NCBI GenBank assembly: GCA_027251445.1
Contig: JAPNQO010000046.1
Coordinates: forward strand, 1 to 38,312
DNA length: 38,312 bases
Reading direction: 5' to 3'
Source of the DNA: Fidelibacterota bacterium
GTDB taxonomy: Bacteria > Fidelibacterota > Marinisomatia > Marinisomatales > TCS55
This document shows positions 19,919 through 29,213 of this stretch, one piece after another (the first letter of the stretch is position 1; each line of letters opens with the position of its first letter). Both the position numbers and the translations under genes were made by a program. Under the pieces are notes generated by a model, which was given only the letters and a program-made list of their open reading frames with translations, was not told where the DNA came from and searched no databases.

Positions 19919-20650
19919 TTATACATTATATAATTTATCTTTTACTAATTCATTAGCCTTTTGCAAGTCTTCTTTAAAATCAATTTCTATACATGGGAAG
20001 TGACTTATATCTTCATAATAAACATCTTGAAAATTTAATATTGGATCAATTGCAGCCTCAAAATAATCAGACTTACCACCTTCATCAATCAATTTTGAAA
20101 GGGAAGTAACAAAATGTTTACAAAATGAAGCAGATAGCTTTGCAACTCCTATAAATTCTCCTAATGATTCTTTTAAAGGCAATTCTTTACTAATAGAAAT
20201 AATTTGTTTATGGTTATTAACAATTACTTTCACCTCTTCATCACCACATTCTTTGATATCTACAGCAAAAACAGTTTCATGCTTTGAATTAATTACTTGT
20301 TTTAATAGCAATGATGGATATAAAACATCACCATTCATAAGTAATATATCTGAAGAAGTAAGTAAATCCCTGCATAAGTATGCTGAATAAGATGTATTCG
20401 TATCTTGATATTGTTCATTTATAATAAATGAAAATTTCATTTCAGAGTGATTTTGATTTAAGTAATCAATAATCTTATCTTTATAATAGCCTAATACAAT
20501 AATGACTTCATTAATATTATGATTCTTTAAAGCTTTCAATTGATGACTTAATATTGTCATGCCACCTATTTCTAATAAACATTTTGGGATTTTTTTTGTT
20601 AAAGGATATAAACGCCTAGATGCGCCAGCTGCTAATATTAAACCTTGCAT
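19919..20650 (-). CDS. Nucleotidyltransferase, phosphocholine cytidylyltransferase (LicC-like) family
   Basis: ILAAGASRRL..PKCLL, NGDVLY, EEVKV, GEFIGVAK, IEIDFKEDL. Confidence 0.8.
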   Translation of the reverse strand: MQGLILAAGASRRLYPLTKKIPKCLLEIGGMTILSHQLKALKNHNINEVIIVLGYYKDKIIDYLNQNHSEMKFSFIINEQYQDTNTSYSAYLCRDLLTSSDILLMNGDVLYPSLLLKQVINSKHETVFAVDIKECGDEEVKVIVNNHKQIISISKELPLKESLGEFIGVAKLSASFCKHFVTSLSKLIDEGGKSDYFEAAIDPILNFQDVYYEDISHFPCIEIDFKEDLQKANELVKDKLYNV

Positions 20651-20733
20651 AGAATAAGAAAATTAAATGAAATGACTAGAAGATCATAATAGCAATCACA
20701 CGAATTTCAAAAGTTTTATATATTATAAATATT

Positions 20734-21687
20734 TTATAATGATTTAAGAGATGAATCTATATCAGATTTTGTTATCACATTCAAACAACATATATTTTTT
20801 TTACATGGTTCACATCTCTCACTTTTATCAAGGATAATATTGTTGCCAATAGGCCTTGTAGTAACTGATCTCTTTGCACCAAAAAAAGATACGGTAGAAA
20901 CACCAATGATTGATGAAATATGCCCGAGGCCACTATCCGCTGCAAGAGCATAATCAGCAAGAGAAATTAATGCAATACTTTTTCTTAAAGTGATATCACC
21001 ACAAAACGATTGAATAGAAATATCTCTATTTTGACTAACAATGTTTAGTGCTTCATTTTTATCACTATCTGCTCCAAAAATAATATATTGTTTTTTGGAA
21101 TCTGTTATCCATTCTTTTATTTTATTTTTTGGAAAAGTTCTAGAGCTAGATATACTAAATGGAAACAATGCTACAAAGTTTTTTATATTATGTTTTTTTA
21201 ACTTTTCTTTCGCCCATTCAATCTCATCTTTACTAATAAAAATATACTTATCTGTATATTCAAGATTATCAATCCCAATCAAATTTAAATATTTATTCGA
21301 GCGGTGTAATCCAGTTAAAGGTAATCGTAATGTAGATGTTAGAAAAATTGTTCTCATTTGTGAACGATACCCTATACGATTCTTTGCTTTTGATAGCCAC
21401 ATGATTAGGGCACTTCGTAAAGAATCTGTAAGAGTATAAAAAAGATCAATTTTTTGTTTACGAAGATATAGGCCTTTTTTTATTGTGTTTATAGTTCCTT
21501 TTAACTCTTTTGAAGAAAAAGAAATTATATTATCTATATTGGGGTTTTTTTGATATACGGGAGCTACCCAATCCTTACAAACCACAATAATTTCCGATTC
21601 AGAATTTTGTGACTTAAGCATATTAATAAACGGAAGAGATAAGGTTGCATCGCCAACCCAATTAGGACTAAATACTGCAATTTTCAT
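20734..21687 (-). CDS. waaF: LPS heptosyltransferase II (GT9)
   Basis: SPNWVGDA N-terminal motif, RIGY, DSGLGH, FFG. Confidence 0.8.
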   Translation of the reverse strand: MKIAVFSPNWVGDATLSLPFINMLKSQNSESEIIVVCKDWVAPVYQKNPNIDNIISFSSKELKGTINTIKKGLYLRKQKIDLFYTLTDSLRSALIMWLSKAKNRIGYRSQMRTIFLTSTLRLPLTGLHRSNKYLNLIGIDNLEYTDKYIFISKDEIEWAKEKLKKHNIKNFVALFPFSISSSRTFPKNKIKEWITDSKKQYIIFGADSDKNEALNIVSQNRDISIQSFCGDITLRKSIALISLADYALAADSGLGHISSIIGVSTVSFFGAKRSVTTRPIGNNIILDKSERCEPCKKNICCLNVITKSDIDSSLKSL

Positions 21688-21692
21688 TTAAT

Positions 21693-22772
21693 TTATAGCT
21701 TGCTTTCAATTTCATCAATTAGCCTTATTGATGCTTTACCATCATTTTTATATAGATATTTTTCAATAGCTTCAATACGCAAATTAGATAATTCATTAGG
21801 GTACTCAATACAGTGATAAATTAATCCATTAAGTTGACTTGGATCATTAAACCTATTTACAAATTCAATTGAATCATATCTTTCCAAATCTAACTTACGT
21901 TTAAATCGTTTTTTAAATATTCTATGTTTCATTCTAATAGAAAAACATTCTGCCATAATAATTGGTCTATCTAATGGAAGAAATTCAAAAATTGTTGATG
22001 ATATATCAGATATCAATAGATTTGATACTTTCATAAAAGGAATAACATCAATTTCACTTGGTTTTGCCAGATAAACATTTGACATATTATTATCTAAATC
22101 CATCATCATTTCACTTTGATGCTTATACCGTTTTTGAAACCAACTAAAATTGTGAAGTTTAATAATCAAATTAAATTCATTACTAAAATGCTGTAACTCA
22201 GGATAAATTTTTTCTATTGATGAAGGATAAAAAGTAGGTGCATATAATATAGTTTTTTTATTCTGATCTAAGCCTATGTTGGTTAATAAGCCTTCAGTAT
22301 TCCCTTCAGGGGAAATGAGTGGATCGCATTTTGTATAACCATTAATTATTAGATTATTATATCCTTGACTCGATAAAATATCAAATCGTTCTTTTGATTC
22401 AACAGCTCTTATATCAATTCGTTTTACTATATCATTATAATATGTTTGTTTTAATCCTATGCCATGATATACCATAACAGTTAACGTATTTTCAGCTGCG
22501 ATTTTCTCAATCTTACCTACATTACCAACTATAATTATATCAAATTTCTTATTTCTTATAGTTTGAATCCTATCTTCTTCATTATTAGAGGAGATTATTT
22601 CAATATTATTATCATTACAAATACGATTAAAAATATCTATTTCTTCATTTGGCATAGAATGAGGTATAGAAGCAAAAATATCATATTCTGCTCTATTGAT
22701 CATTTCTTTTATAATCGGAAAAAAGTTTGGAAGGTAGTATAAATGGTGGCTTTCAAATAAAACAGTAAACAT
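21693..22772 (-). CDS. CDP-glycerol glycerophosphotransferase (TagF/TagB-like) family protein
   Basis: VYHGIGLK, GYTKCD, ILYAPTF, IKLH, LISDISS..FEF..LDRPII. Confidence 0.82.
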   Translation of the reverse strand: MFTVLFESHHLYYLPNFFPIIKEMINRAEYDIFASIPHSMPNEEIDIFNRICNDNNIEIISSNNEEDRIQTIRNKKFDIIIVGNVGKIEKIAAENTLTVMVYHGIGLKQTYYNDIVKRIDIRAVESKERFDILSSQGYNNLIINGYTKCDPLISPEGNTEGLLTNIGLDQNKKTILYAPTFYPSSIEKIYPELQHFSNEFNLIIKLHNFSWFQKRYKHQSEMMMDLDNNMSNVYLAKPSEIDVIPFMKVSNLLISDISSTIFEFLPLDRPIIMAECFSIRMKHRIFKKRFKRKLDLERYDSIEFVNRFNDPSQLNGLIYHCIEYPNELSNLRIEAIEKYLYKNDGKASIRLIDEIESKL

Positions 22773-22783
22773 GAAACAAATTT

Positions 22784-24619
22784 TTAATTATTGAACTGGA
22801 TATTATATAAGTTCTTATATATTCCATCTTTTTCTAATAATTCAGTATGAGAACCTGATTCCACAATCTTTCCACTATCAAGTACAATAATTTGATCAGC
22901 ATTTATAATTGTTGATAATCGGTGCGCAATTACTAGGACTGTACGATCTTTCATTAAATTATCAATTGCTTCTTGAACATTCTTTTCAGATTCAGTATCT
23001 AATGACGATGTAGCTTCATCAAGTATAAGTATGGGTGGATCTTTTAATAATGCCCTTGCAATTGCAAGTCTTTGACGCTGTCCTCCAGAAAGTCGTACTC
23101 CTTTTTCTCCAATTACAGTATCAAAACCATGTGGGAGATCATTTATAAATTCTTTTGCATTCGCAACTTTTGCAGCTTCAGCTATTTTAGTAAGTTCAAT
23201 CTCATTCTGCCCATAAGCAATATTTCCACTAATTGTATCATTAAAAAGAATTGTTTCCTGAGTTACAATGCCCATCAACTTTCTTAATGATTTTATACCA
23301 ACATCTCTAATATCAACGTTGTCTAATTTAATTTTTCCTTTAGAAGGTTCAAAAAATCTGGGAATTAAATCAGCTATTGTAGATTTTCCAGATCCACTAG
23401 CACCTACTAATGCAACAACAGATCCTTTTTTTATTGAGAAATTTACATCTTCTAAAACTTTAGATTCTCCATCTTCATATTGAAAAGATACATTATCGAA
23501 TAAAACTTGATCATTAAATTCAACATTTTTAATAGCATTATTACGATCAATAATTGTTGGTTTAGTATCAAGAATGTGAAAAACTCTTTCAGCTGATGCA
23601 GCTCCAACTTGTACTTCCGCAAATACATTACTTAAAGATCGTATAGGTTGTAAAGCAGAAAACATTATTAATATAAAACGAATAAAATCCTCAGAGGTTA
23701 TCCCCTTATCTGCTAAAACTTCAGATCCACCTATCCATAATAAGAGCACCCCAATAAGGACACCTAAAGTTTCTGTTATTGGGGGCGCAATACTTCGGAG
23801 TCTAGATCTGCGAAACATCAAATTATAATAATTATCTGTTTCTTTAGTAAATCGACCTACTTCATAGTCTTCCATAGCAAATGCTTTTACTACTCGAATT
23901 GAAGCTAAGGTCTCTGTAATTATATTTGTTATACCTGCTATCTTAACAGCAGTTCGGCGTGATTTTCTACGAATTGATCTACTGATTTTTACAATAACAA
24001 ATCCTGCAAGAGGAATAATAATCACTGCAATTGAAGCTAATTGCCAGCTAATTATAAATAATAGTGAAGTAAATACTAATATATTAATTGGTTCTACAAA
24101 CATACGTTGAAATCCAACGGTTAATGCTTGACGCATATTTGCCACATCATTAACAATAATAGAAGTTAGTTCTCCACTCTTTTGTCTATTAAAAAATGAT
24201 AGGGACAATGAATGAAAATGAATATACAATTTGTTTCTTAGTTCTGTGATTAAACGATATTGGACTACAATAAGAGAAATGTTTTTTAAATAGAGAAAAA
24301 TGTTTTTTAAAACGAAAATTATTAAAATACTAAAACATAACATCTTTAATGTTTCTTTAGCTGTATCTCTCAAGATCAGTTCATTAGTGAAATATTTAAT
24401 TTTTTCATTAAGAGTTAAAATTGAAGATGAAGATAAATGCGAATGCTCTAAAACAAGCTTATCAAAATCAGATAAAATATTATTAATGAGTGATGCTGTT
24501 AACCATACAGAAATACCATTTAATGCAACATAAATAAAAGCGGTTGCGGTAGATAATGCAAGATATGGCCAATAATTAAAAACTAATTTAATTAGGCGTT
24601 TATAAACAGAATTTTCCAT
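22784..24619 (-). CDS. msbA: ABC transporter ATP-binding/permease, MsbA-like lipid flippase
   Basis: TM domain plus Walker A GASGSGKST, signature LSGGQRQR, Walker B ILDEATSSLD, AHRLST; next to LPS genes. Confidence 0.8.
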   Translation of the reverse strand: MENSVYKRLIKLVFNYWPYLALSTATAFIYVALNGISVWLTASLINNILSDFDKLVLEHSHLSSSSILTLNEKIKYFTNELILRDTAKETLKMLCFSILIIFVLKNIFLYLKNISLIVVQYRLITELRNKLYIHFHSLSLSFFNRQKSGELTSIIVNDVANMRQALTVGFQRMFVEPINILVFTSLLFIISWQLASIAVIIIPLAGFVIVKISRSIRRKSRRTAVKIAGITNIITETLASIRVVKAFAMEDYEVGRFTKETDNYYNLMFRRSRLRSIAPPITETLGVLIGVLLLWIGGSEVLADKGITSEDFIRFILIMFSALQPIRSLSNVFAEVQVGAASAERVFHILDTKPTIIDRNNAIKNVEFNDQVLFDNVSFQYEDGESKVLEDVNFSIKKGSVVALVGASGSGKSTIADLIPRFFEPSKGKIKLDNVDIRDVGIKSLRKLMGIVTQETILFNDTISGNIAYGQNEIELTKIAEAAKVANAKEFINDLPHGFDTVIGEKGVRLSGGQRQRLAIARALLKDPPILILDEATSSLDTESEKNVQEAIDNLMKDRTVLVIAHRLSTIINADQIIVLDSGKIVESGSHTELLEKDGIYKNLYNIQFNN

Positions 24620-24687
24620 GACATTTAATTAATTATAAAGAATATATTGTCCAGTAAAGTAAATATAAGTGTATTATTATTATACCG

Positions 24688-25116
24688 CTATTCTTGTTTC
24701 CAAATCATTTTTTGATGACTTATTCCACCCTCATAAAAATGATCTCCAACAGAGTAAAACCCTAATTTCTTATAAAAAGAAATCACATGATCTTGAGCAT
24801 GTAAATATATAACTGGCTCTGCCTTTATTTGTTCTAAAATAAACCGAACTAATTCCTTTCCTATCCCTAACCCTCGTTTTTCTTTCAAAACGGCAAAACG
24901 TTCTAATTTTATTCCATTTTCTGTTTTTCGCCATCTAGCTGTTCCAATAAATCTATTATCTATTAATGCAATTATATGTTTAGAAGTATCTTCATACTGA
25001 TCTATTTCCACATCTTCAGGAACGTTTTGTTCCATAATAAATACTTTTTTACGTATTTCTCTGGCATGATCTAATTCTTCCCTTGTAGTAGCTAAACGAA
25101 CTTTTATTTCCATCAT
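24688..25116 (-). CDS. GNAT N-acetyltransferase (ElaA/YjcF-like)
   Basis: IRKKVFIMEQNVP, LERFAVL..RGLGIG, LHAQ, FYKKLGF, FYEGGISH. Confidence 0.9.
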   Translation of the reverse strand: MMEIKVRLATTREELDHAREIRKKVFIMEQNVPEDVEIDQYEDTSKHIIALIDNRFIGTARWRKTENGIKLERFAVLKEKRGLGIGKELVRFILEQIKAEPVIYLHAQDHVISFYKKLGFYSVGDHFYEGGISHQKMIWKQE

Positions 25117-25191
25117 ACGATTTTACCTTATTCAAAATTGAAAAACAAAGATGGTTTGAATATTGGTGTTTAGTTATTTAAAATTCAATAT

Positions 25192-25572
25192 ATGAGACAT
25201 AAGAGAAAAGAGATCATTATAGTAGGTGATAGAGTATTAATTCAACCAGATACTGGTGAAAAGAAATCAGCTGCCGGATTATACTTGCCACCGAATGTTA
25301 TTGAGAAACAGGATGTTCGTGGCGGTATTGTAGTAGAAGTTGGGCCTGGAATACCTGTTGGTAATCCAGATGAAATTTCTGAGGAACCTTGGAAAACAAA
25401 TAATCACGGTGAGGTAAAGTATATTCCTTCTCAAGCTGAAGTTGGTGATTATGCATTATTCTTAAGTAAGGCAAGTATTGAAATAAAAGTAGAAGAGCAG
25501 GACTATCTAATTCTTCATCAATCAGCTATATTAGTTTTAATTAGAGATGATCTAAGCAGTCTTACAAAATAA
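25192..25572 (+). CDS. GroES/Cpn10-family protein (orphan, with insertion)
   Basis: GDRVLIQP, SAAGLYLP, GIVVEVGPG, VGDYALF, YLIL; no groEL in the window. Confidence 0.82.
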   Translation: MRHKRKEIIIVGDRVLIQPDTGEKKSAAGLYLPPNVIEKQDVRGGIVVEVGPGIPVGNPDEISEEPWKTNNHGEVKYIPSQAEVGDYALFLSKASIEIKVEEQDYLILHQSAILVLIRDDLSSLTK

Positions 25573-26770
25573 AAGAAATCATAAAGTAAGTAAAGTCTAG
25601 TGGGGTATCAGCCCCATCCCAATATAGAATATAACCAAATGACCATTCTCCACCAGATAACAACTTTTTAGTTAAAATAAGGTCTAACTCATCTCCAAAC
25701 TTATCTCCATTAACTGCATCAGAAAAATTGTGATAATTAATATTGAGATTTATTCCCATCAATCCTAAAAACTTAGCTTTTAAATTCCATTCTTGTAATC
25801 CAATATGGCTATTATCCTTAAAACTCTTGTGTGCACTGTAATCATAATATCCATGCCATTTATGTCGAGCACCAAAAGGCTTCGCAAATCCTTCTACAAT
25901 TCTAGTAGATCTATCATCTCCAGATATAAATTCATTACCAATAGATATAGAATTAACAAATGGAAGAAAATCTATTTTAGCGCCAAGGTTTACTGCTGAA
26001 AGAATACCTTCCACTTGTCCACCTGCAATTTTACCAGACTGTAACGCAGTCTCAGCTTCTAAAGTAAAAAAAAGAAAAGATGTATATATTCGAGAACCAT
26101 AAGTAATGCGGTGATAATTCTGTATAAGTAAATTATCTTGCTGTTCAGCTAATCCTGTTCGAAAACCATATAGTTCAATATTTGCACCTGGGAATTGAGG
26201 TATCTTTTTTAGATCTAAATCAAAATAAAAACCATTGATAGTTTGATCATACATATCATCATCAAGTCTTTCATAGGTTTCATTATTAATTAAATAAAAA
26301 AGTCTCAAATTTCCCTTGGGAGATTTTTTATAGGTTAAAAAACCTTCAAAACTTCGACCAATATTATTCCAATTATTTTTTGAGAAGAGTCTCTGTTGAC
26401 CAAGGGCCATTTGAAACCTTCCTAATTGCACAGACCAATTACGTCTAAGAACATTATGGGTATTTAAATATACTTGATGAAACGTAGGTTTAGTTTGATC
26501 TTGCCCACCAACACCTGGACTATTAATAGAATTACCAAGCATTCTAGAGTCCTGTAGTTGCATATTGATTGATACTGGACCATTAACTAATTTGAAAAAT
26601 ATTCTACTTCTTAAAAGAGAATAAGTGGAAAATCCACTAATAATATTATCAGAAGAAGATGAAACTCTATCCTGCATTAGACGATAACGGAATTCAGCTT
26701 GCCACTCTAATTCTGAAGCAAATAGGATATATGGAAAACAATAAATAATTAATATATAGAAAAATTTCAT
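25562..26770 (-). CDS. Outer-membrane beta-barrel, alginate-export family-like
   Basis: Signal peptide from ATG 26770 (ATGA overlap with the aphA stop); FRYR, LQDSR, GR..QRLF..NWNNIGRSFEG, SGDD, FG..HKW.GY.D. Confidence 0.72.
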   Translation of the reverse strand: MKFFYILIIYCFPYILFASELEWQAEFRYRLMQDRVSSSSDNIISGFSTYSLLRSRIFFKLVNGPVSINMQLQDSRMLGNSINSPGVGGQDQTKPTFHQVYLNTHNVLRRNWSVQLGRFQMALGQQRLFSKNNWNNIGRSFEGFLTYKKSPKGNLRLFYLINNETYERLDDDMYDQTINGFYFDLDLKKIPQFPGANIELYGFRTGLAEQQDNLLIQNYHRITYGSRIYTSFLFFTLEAETALQSGKIAGGQVEGILSAVNLGAKIDFLPFVNSISIGNEFISGDDRSTRIVEGFAKPFGARHKWHGYYDYSAHKSFKDNSHIGLQEWNLKAKFLGLMGINLNINYHNFSDAVNGDKFGDELDLILTKKLLSGGEWSFGYILYWDGADTPLDFTYFMISFIL

Positions 26771-27453
26771 TTTGGCACTTTCCAAATAATAGGATAAATG
26801 GATTCTCCAAAAATACCTACATTACTCTTATAAAATATTTGTAAATCATTTTTTGAAAATGGGGCTTCAGATATATTGCCTTTCAATGTGTTACCAAAAT
26901 AATTTGATCCATATTCTCTAACAGAAGCATCATTTCGTACAACTCTTACTGGGTGGACACCTGCTTTAAGCGCTGCTATGATGTCCGAATCTGAATCACC
27001 ATAAAACAAATCTATCTTTAACCTTTTCATTAGTCTATGCTTTGTAGTAAAACGCTTTCCTTTAATCGTTTGTTTTGGTGAAAAAAATAAATTTTTATTT
27101 ACTTCTACTGGAAACCCAAGACCTTTAGTTAAAAATTCAGCTAATATATTTCCATTTGGTCCTGGCCGAGCAGTAATAAAAAAAACATTATGCCCATTGG
27201 AGCGGAAATAATCAATTAATTCAACTGTTGGTGTAATATATATGGAGTAATCACTATCATGTGTATTAATCCAACCAAAATCAGTAGGATTTCGTTTATC
27301 ATCTGGTAAGTTAAGAAACACATCTCTTGAAAACAGAACTGTATCATCAATATCAAATCCTACATTTAAAATTCCATTTTGAGCCACCATAAACGAAGTA
27401 GCTAGAAAATTTAATATGATAATATTTATAAGAAATTTTTTATTCATAAACAT
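26767..27453 (-). CDS. aphA: Class B acid phosphatase (HAD superfamily), secreted
   Basis: Signal peptide; VGFDIDDTVLFS, FFITAR, FYGDSDSDI.AA..AG. Confidence 0.82.
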   Translation of the reverse strand: MFMNKKFLINIIILNFLATSFMVAQNGILNVGFDIDDTVLFSRDVFLNLPDDKRNPTDFGWINTHDSDYSIYITPTVELIDYFRSNGHNVFFITARPGPNGNILAEFLTKGLGFPVEVNKNLFFSPKQTIKGKRFTTKHRLMKRLKIDLFYGDSDSDIIAALKAGVHPVRVVRNDASVREYGSNYFGNTLKGNISEAPFSKNDLQIFYKSNVGIFGESIYPIIWKVPK

Positions 27454-27508
27454 TATAATATAATTTAATCAATGATTTCAGATATTTGCATCACATAGTA
27501 TATTATGA

Positions 27509-28273
27509 TCAAATATCTAATTCAATGGATACTGGGCAGTGATCTGATCCCAACACCTTATGGTAAATATCCGCATCAATTACATTTTCAACAAAATTCT
27601 CATTAACAAAAAAATAATCTATACGCCAGCCAACATTTCGTTGTCTAGCACCAAATCGATATGTCCACCAAGAATATCTCTCTCCTTCTTTATGAAATAA
27701 TCGAAATGTATCTATCCAACCATTATCAACATACAGATCTAATTTTTCTCTTTCTATAGGCATAAATCCAGATGTGTTTATATTTTCTTTTGGCCTTGCT
27801 AAATCAATCGAATGATGTGCTGTATTCCAATCTCCTGTAACGATAACATTATTCCCTGAGTGAACCTGTTCATTAATGATTGGTAATAGATCATCATAAA
27901 AATCTAATTTATATTTTAATCTTGTTTCATCTTTTTGTCCATTAGGGAAATAAATATTATACAAAAGAAAATTCTCATGCTCAGTGATAATAACTCGTCC
28001 TTCATCATCGTATTTTTCAATACCAAGCCCTTCTTGAACGTATAATGGCTCATCTTTACAGAATGTAGCTACACCACTATATCCTCTTTTCTTTCCAGAG
28101 TGCCAATATGTATGATATCCGTGATCAGTTAGAATTTCTGAGGTAAGCTGATCTACATGAGCCTTGGTTTCCTGCAAACAAACAATATCTGGCTTTTCTT
28201 CTTCAAGCCAATCCAAAAAGCCTTTTTTTACAACAGCTCTTACACCATTTACATTCCAAGATATAAGTTTCAT
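27509..28273 (-). CDS. xth: Exodeoxyribonuclease III
   Basis: SWNVNG, CLQETK, GYSGVA, GDWN.AH, YSWWTYR, GWRIDY, GSDHCP. Confidence 0.96.
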   Translation of the reverse strand: MKLISWNVNGVRAVVKKGFLDWLEEEKPDIVCLQETKAHVDQLTSEILTDHGYHTYWHSGKKRGYSGVATFCKDEPLYVQEGLGIEKYDDEGRVIITEHENFLLYNIYFPNGQKDETRLKYKLDFYDDLLPIINEQVHSGNNVIVTGDWNTAHHSIDLARPKENINTSGFMPIEREKLDLYVDNGWIDTFRLFHKEGERYSWWTYRFGARQRNVGWRIDYFFVNENFVENVIDADIYHKVLGSDHCPVSIELDI

Positions 28274-28322
28274 TTAGATATAAAGTTTAGGTAAAAAATA
28301 AAATAATACATTATAATTAATT

Positions 28323-29213
28323 TTATGGGATCATTATCATGGAGTGACGATCAACAGCAACAGAACCAAATACACCAATTCCACCATTAATACCAAAATT
28401 CCGACCAGAACCACCTGATCCAAAAGAACTTGTAAATTCCGAATCACTAAATTTTATAAAATAATTAAAATAATTTTCATCCATGCTCATTAAACTAAAA
28501 AATAATAAATAGTTATTCCATGATGGATCATCGGGCTCTGATTCACACCATTCTCTTCTAAAAATTGCTGAACTTTCTTCTGGTGAGATAATATATTCTT
28601 GATTAATTCCACATAGATAACTATCCCATGTTGGACCCAGATGTGCTGAATTTATTAATTGATAGTTATCATTCATTGTTAACCAATTCATTTCCATTTC
28701 ACGAAAAACTTGAAAGGTGTCCGGTAAATTTTCAGTAAAAAATTTTGGAGTTGGAGGTATTATTGTTTGTCCTGTAGCCTCAAATCCGCCTGGTGCTGAA
28801 ACATGTAAAGTCCATGTTTCTCCTGGTTGAGGGTTCAGATCATCTCCATTATAAATATATACTTCTTGTAAAGCATCATCCATATCAACATCATAAATAA
28901 AATCTGTATAATCAAATATATAATCCTTAACACCATTACTAACTACAACTTCAGCATTTCGCACAATAAATCGAGATGTATAGTAAATATAAATACTTGA
29001 ACCAATCGTATCTCTAATTAAAGAGTCACTTGCTTCCTCCATATCTAATGTACGTTGCACTTTCACAAAACTTGTTCTAAGAGAATCCGTTGAAAGAAGG
29101 CCAATGATATTCAATGTTGATTCATGATCGGAAGTAACATCTTCCCATTCCAAATCAGGTAGCTCAATGGCACAAGAAAAGAAAAATATGCTTATGATAT
29201 ATATATATCGCAT
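28323..29213 (-). CDS. Lipoprotein, DUF4249-like partner of a TonB receptor
   Basis: Lipobox FFSC, C-terminal INGGIGVFGS; TAATG overlap with the receptor gene. Confidence 0.72.
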   Translation of the reverse strand: MRYIYIISIFFFSCAIELPDLEWEDVTSDHESTLNIIGLLSTDSLRTSFVKVQRTLDMEEASDSLIRDTIGSSIYIYYTSRFIVRNAEVVVSNGVKDYIFDYTDFIYDVDMDDALQEVYIYNGDDLNPQPGETWTLHVSAPGGFEATGQTIIPPTPKFFTENLPDTFQVFREMEMNWLTMNDNYQLINSAHLGPTWDSYLCGINQEYIISPEESSAIFRREWCESEPDDPSWNNYLLFFSLMSMDENYFNYFIKFSDSEFTSSFGSGGSGRNFGINGGIGVFGSVAVDRHSMIMIP

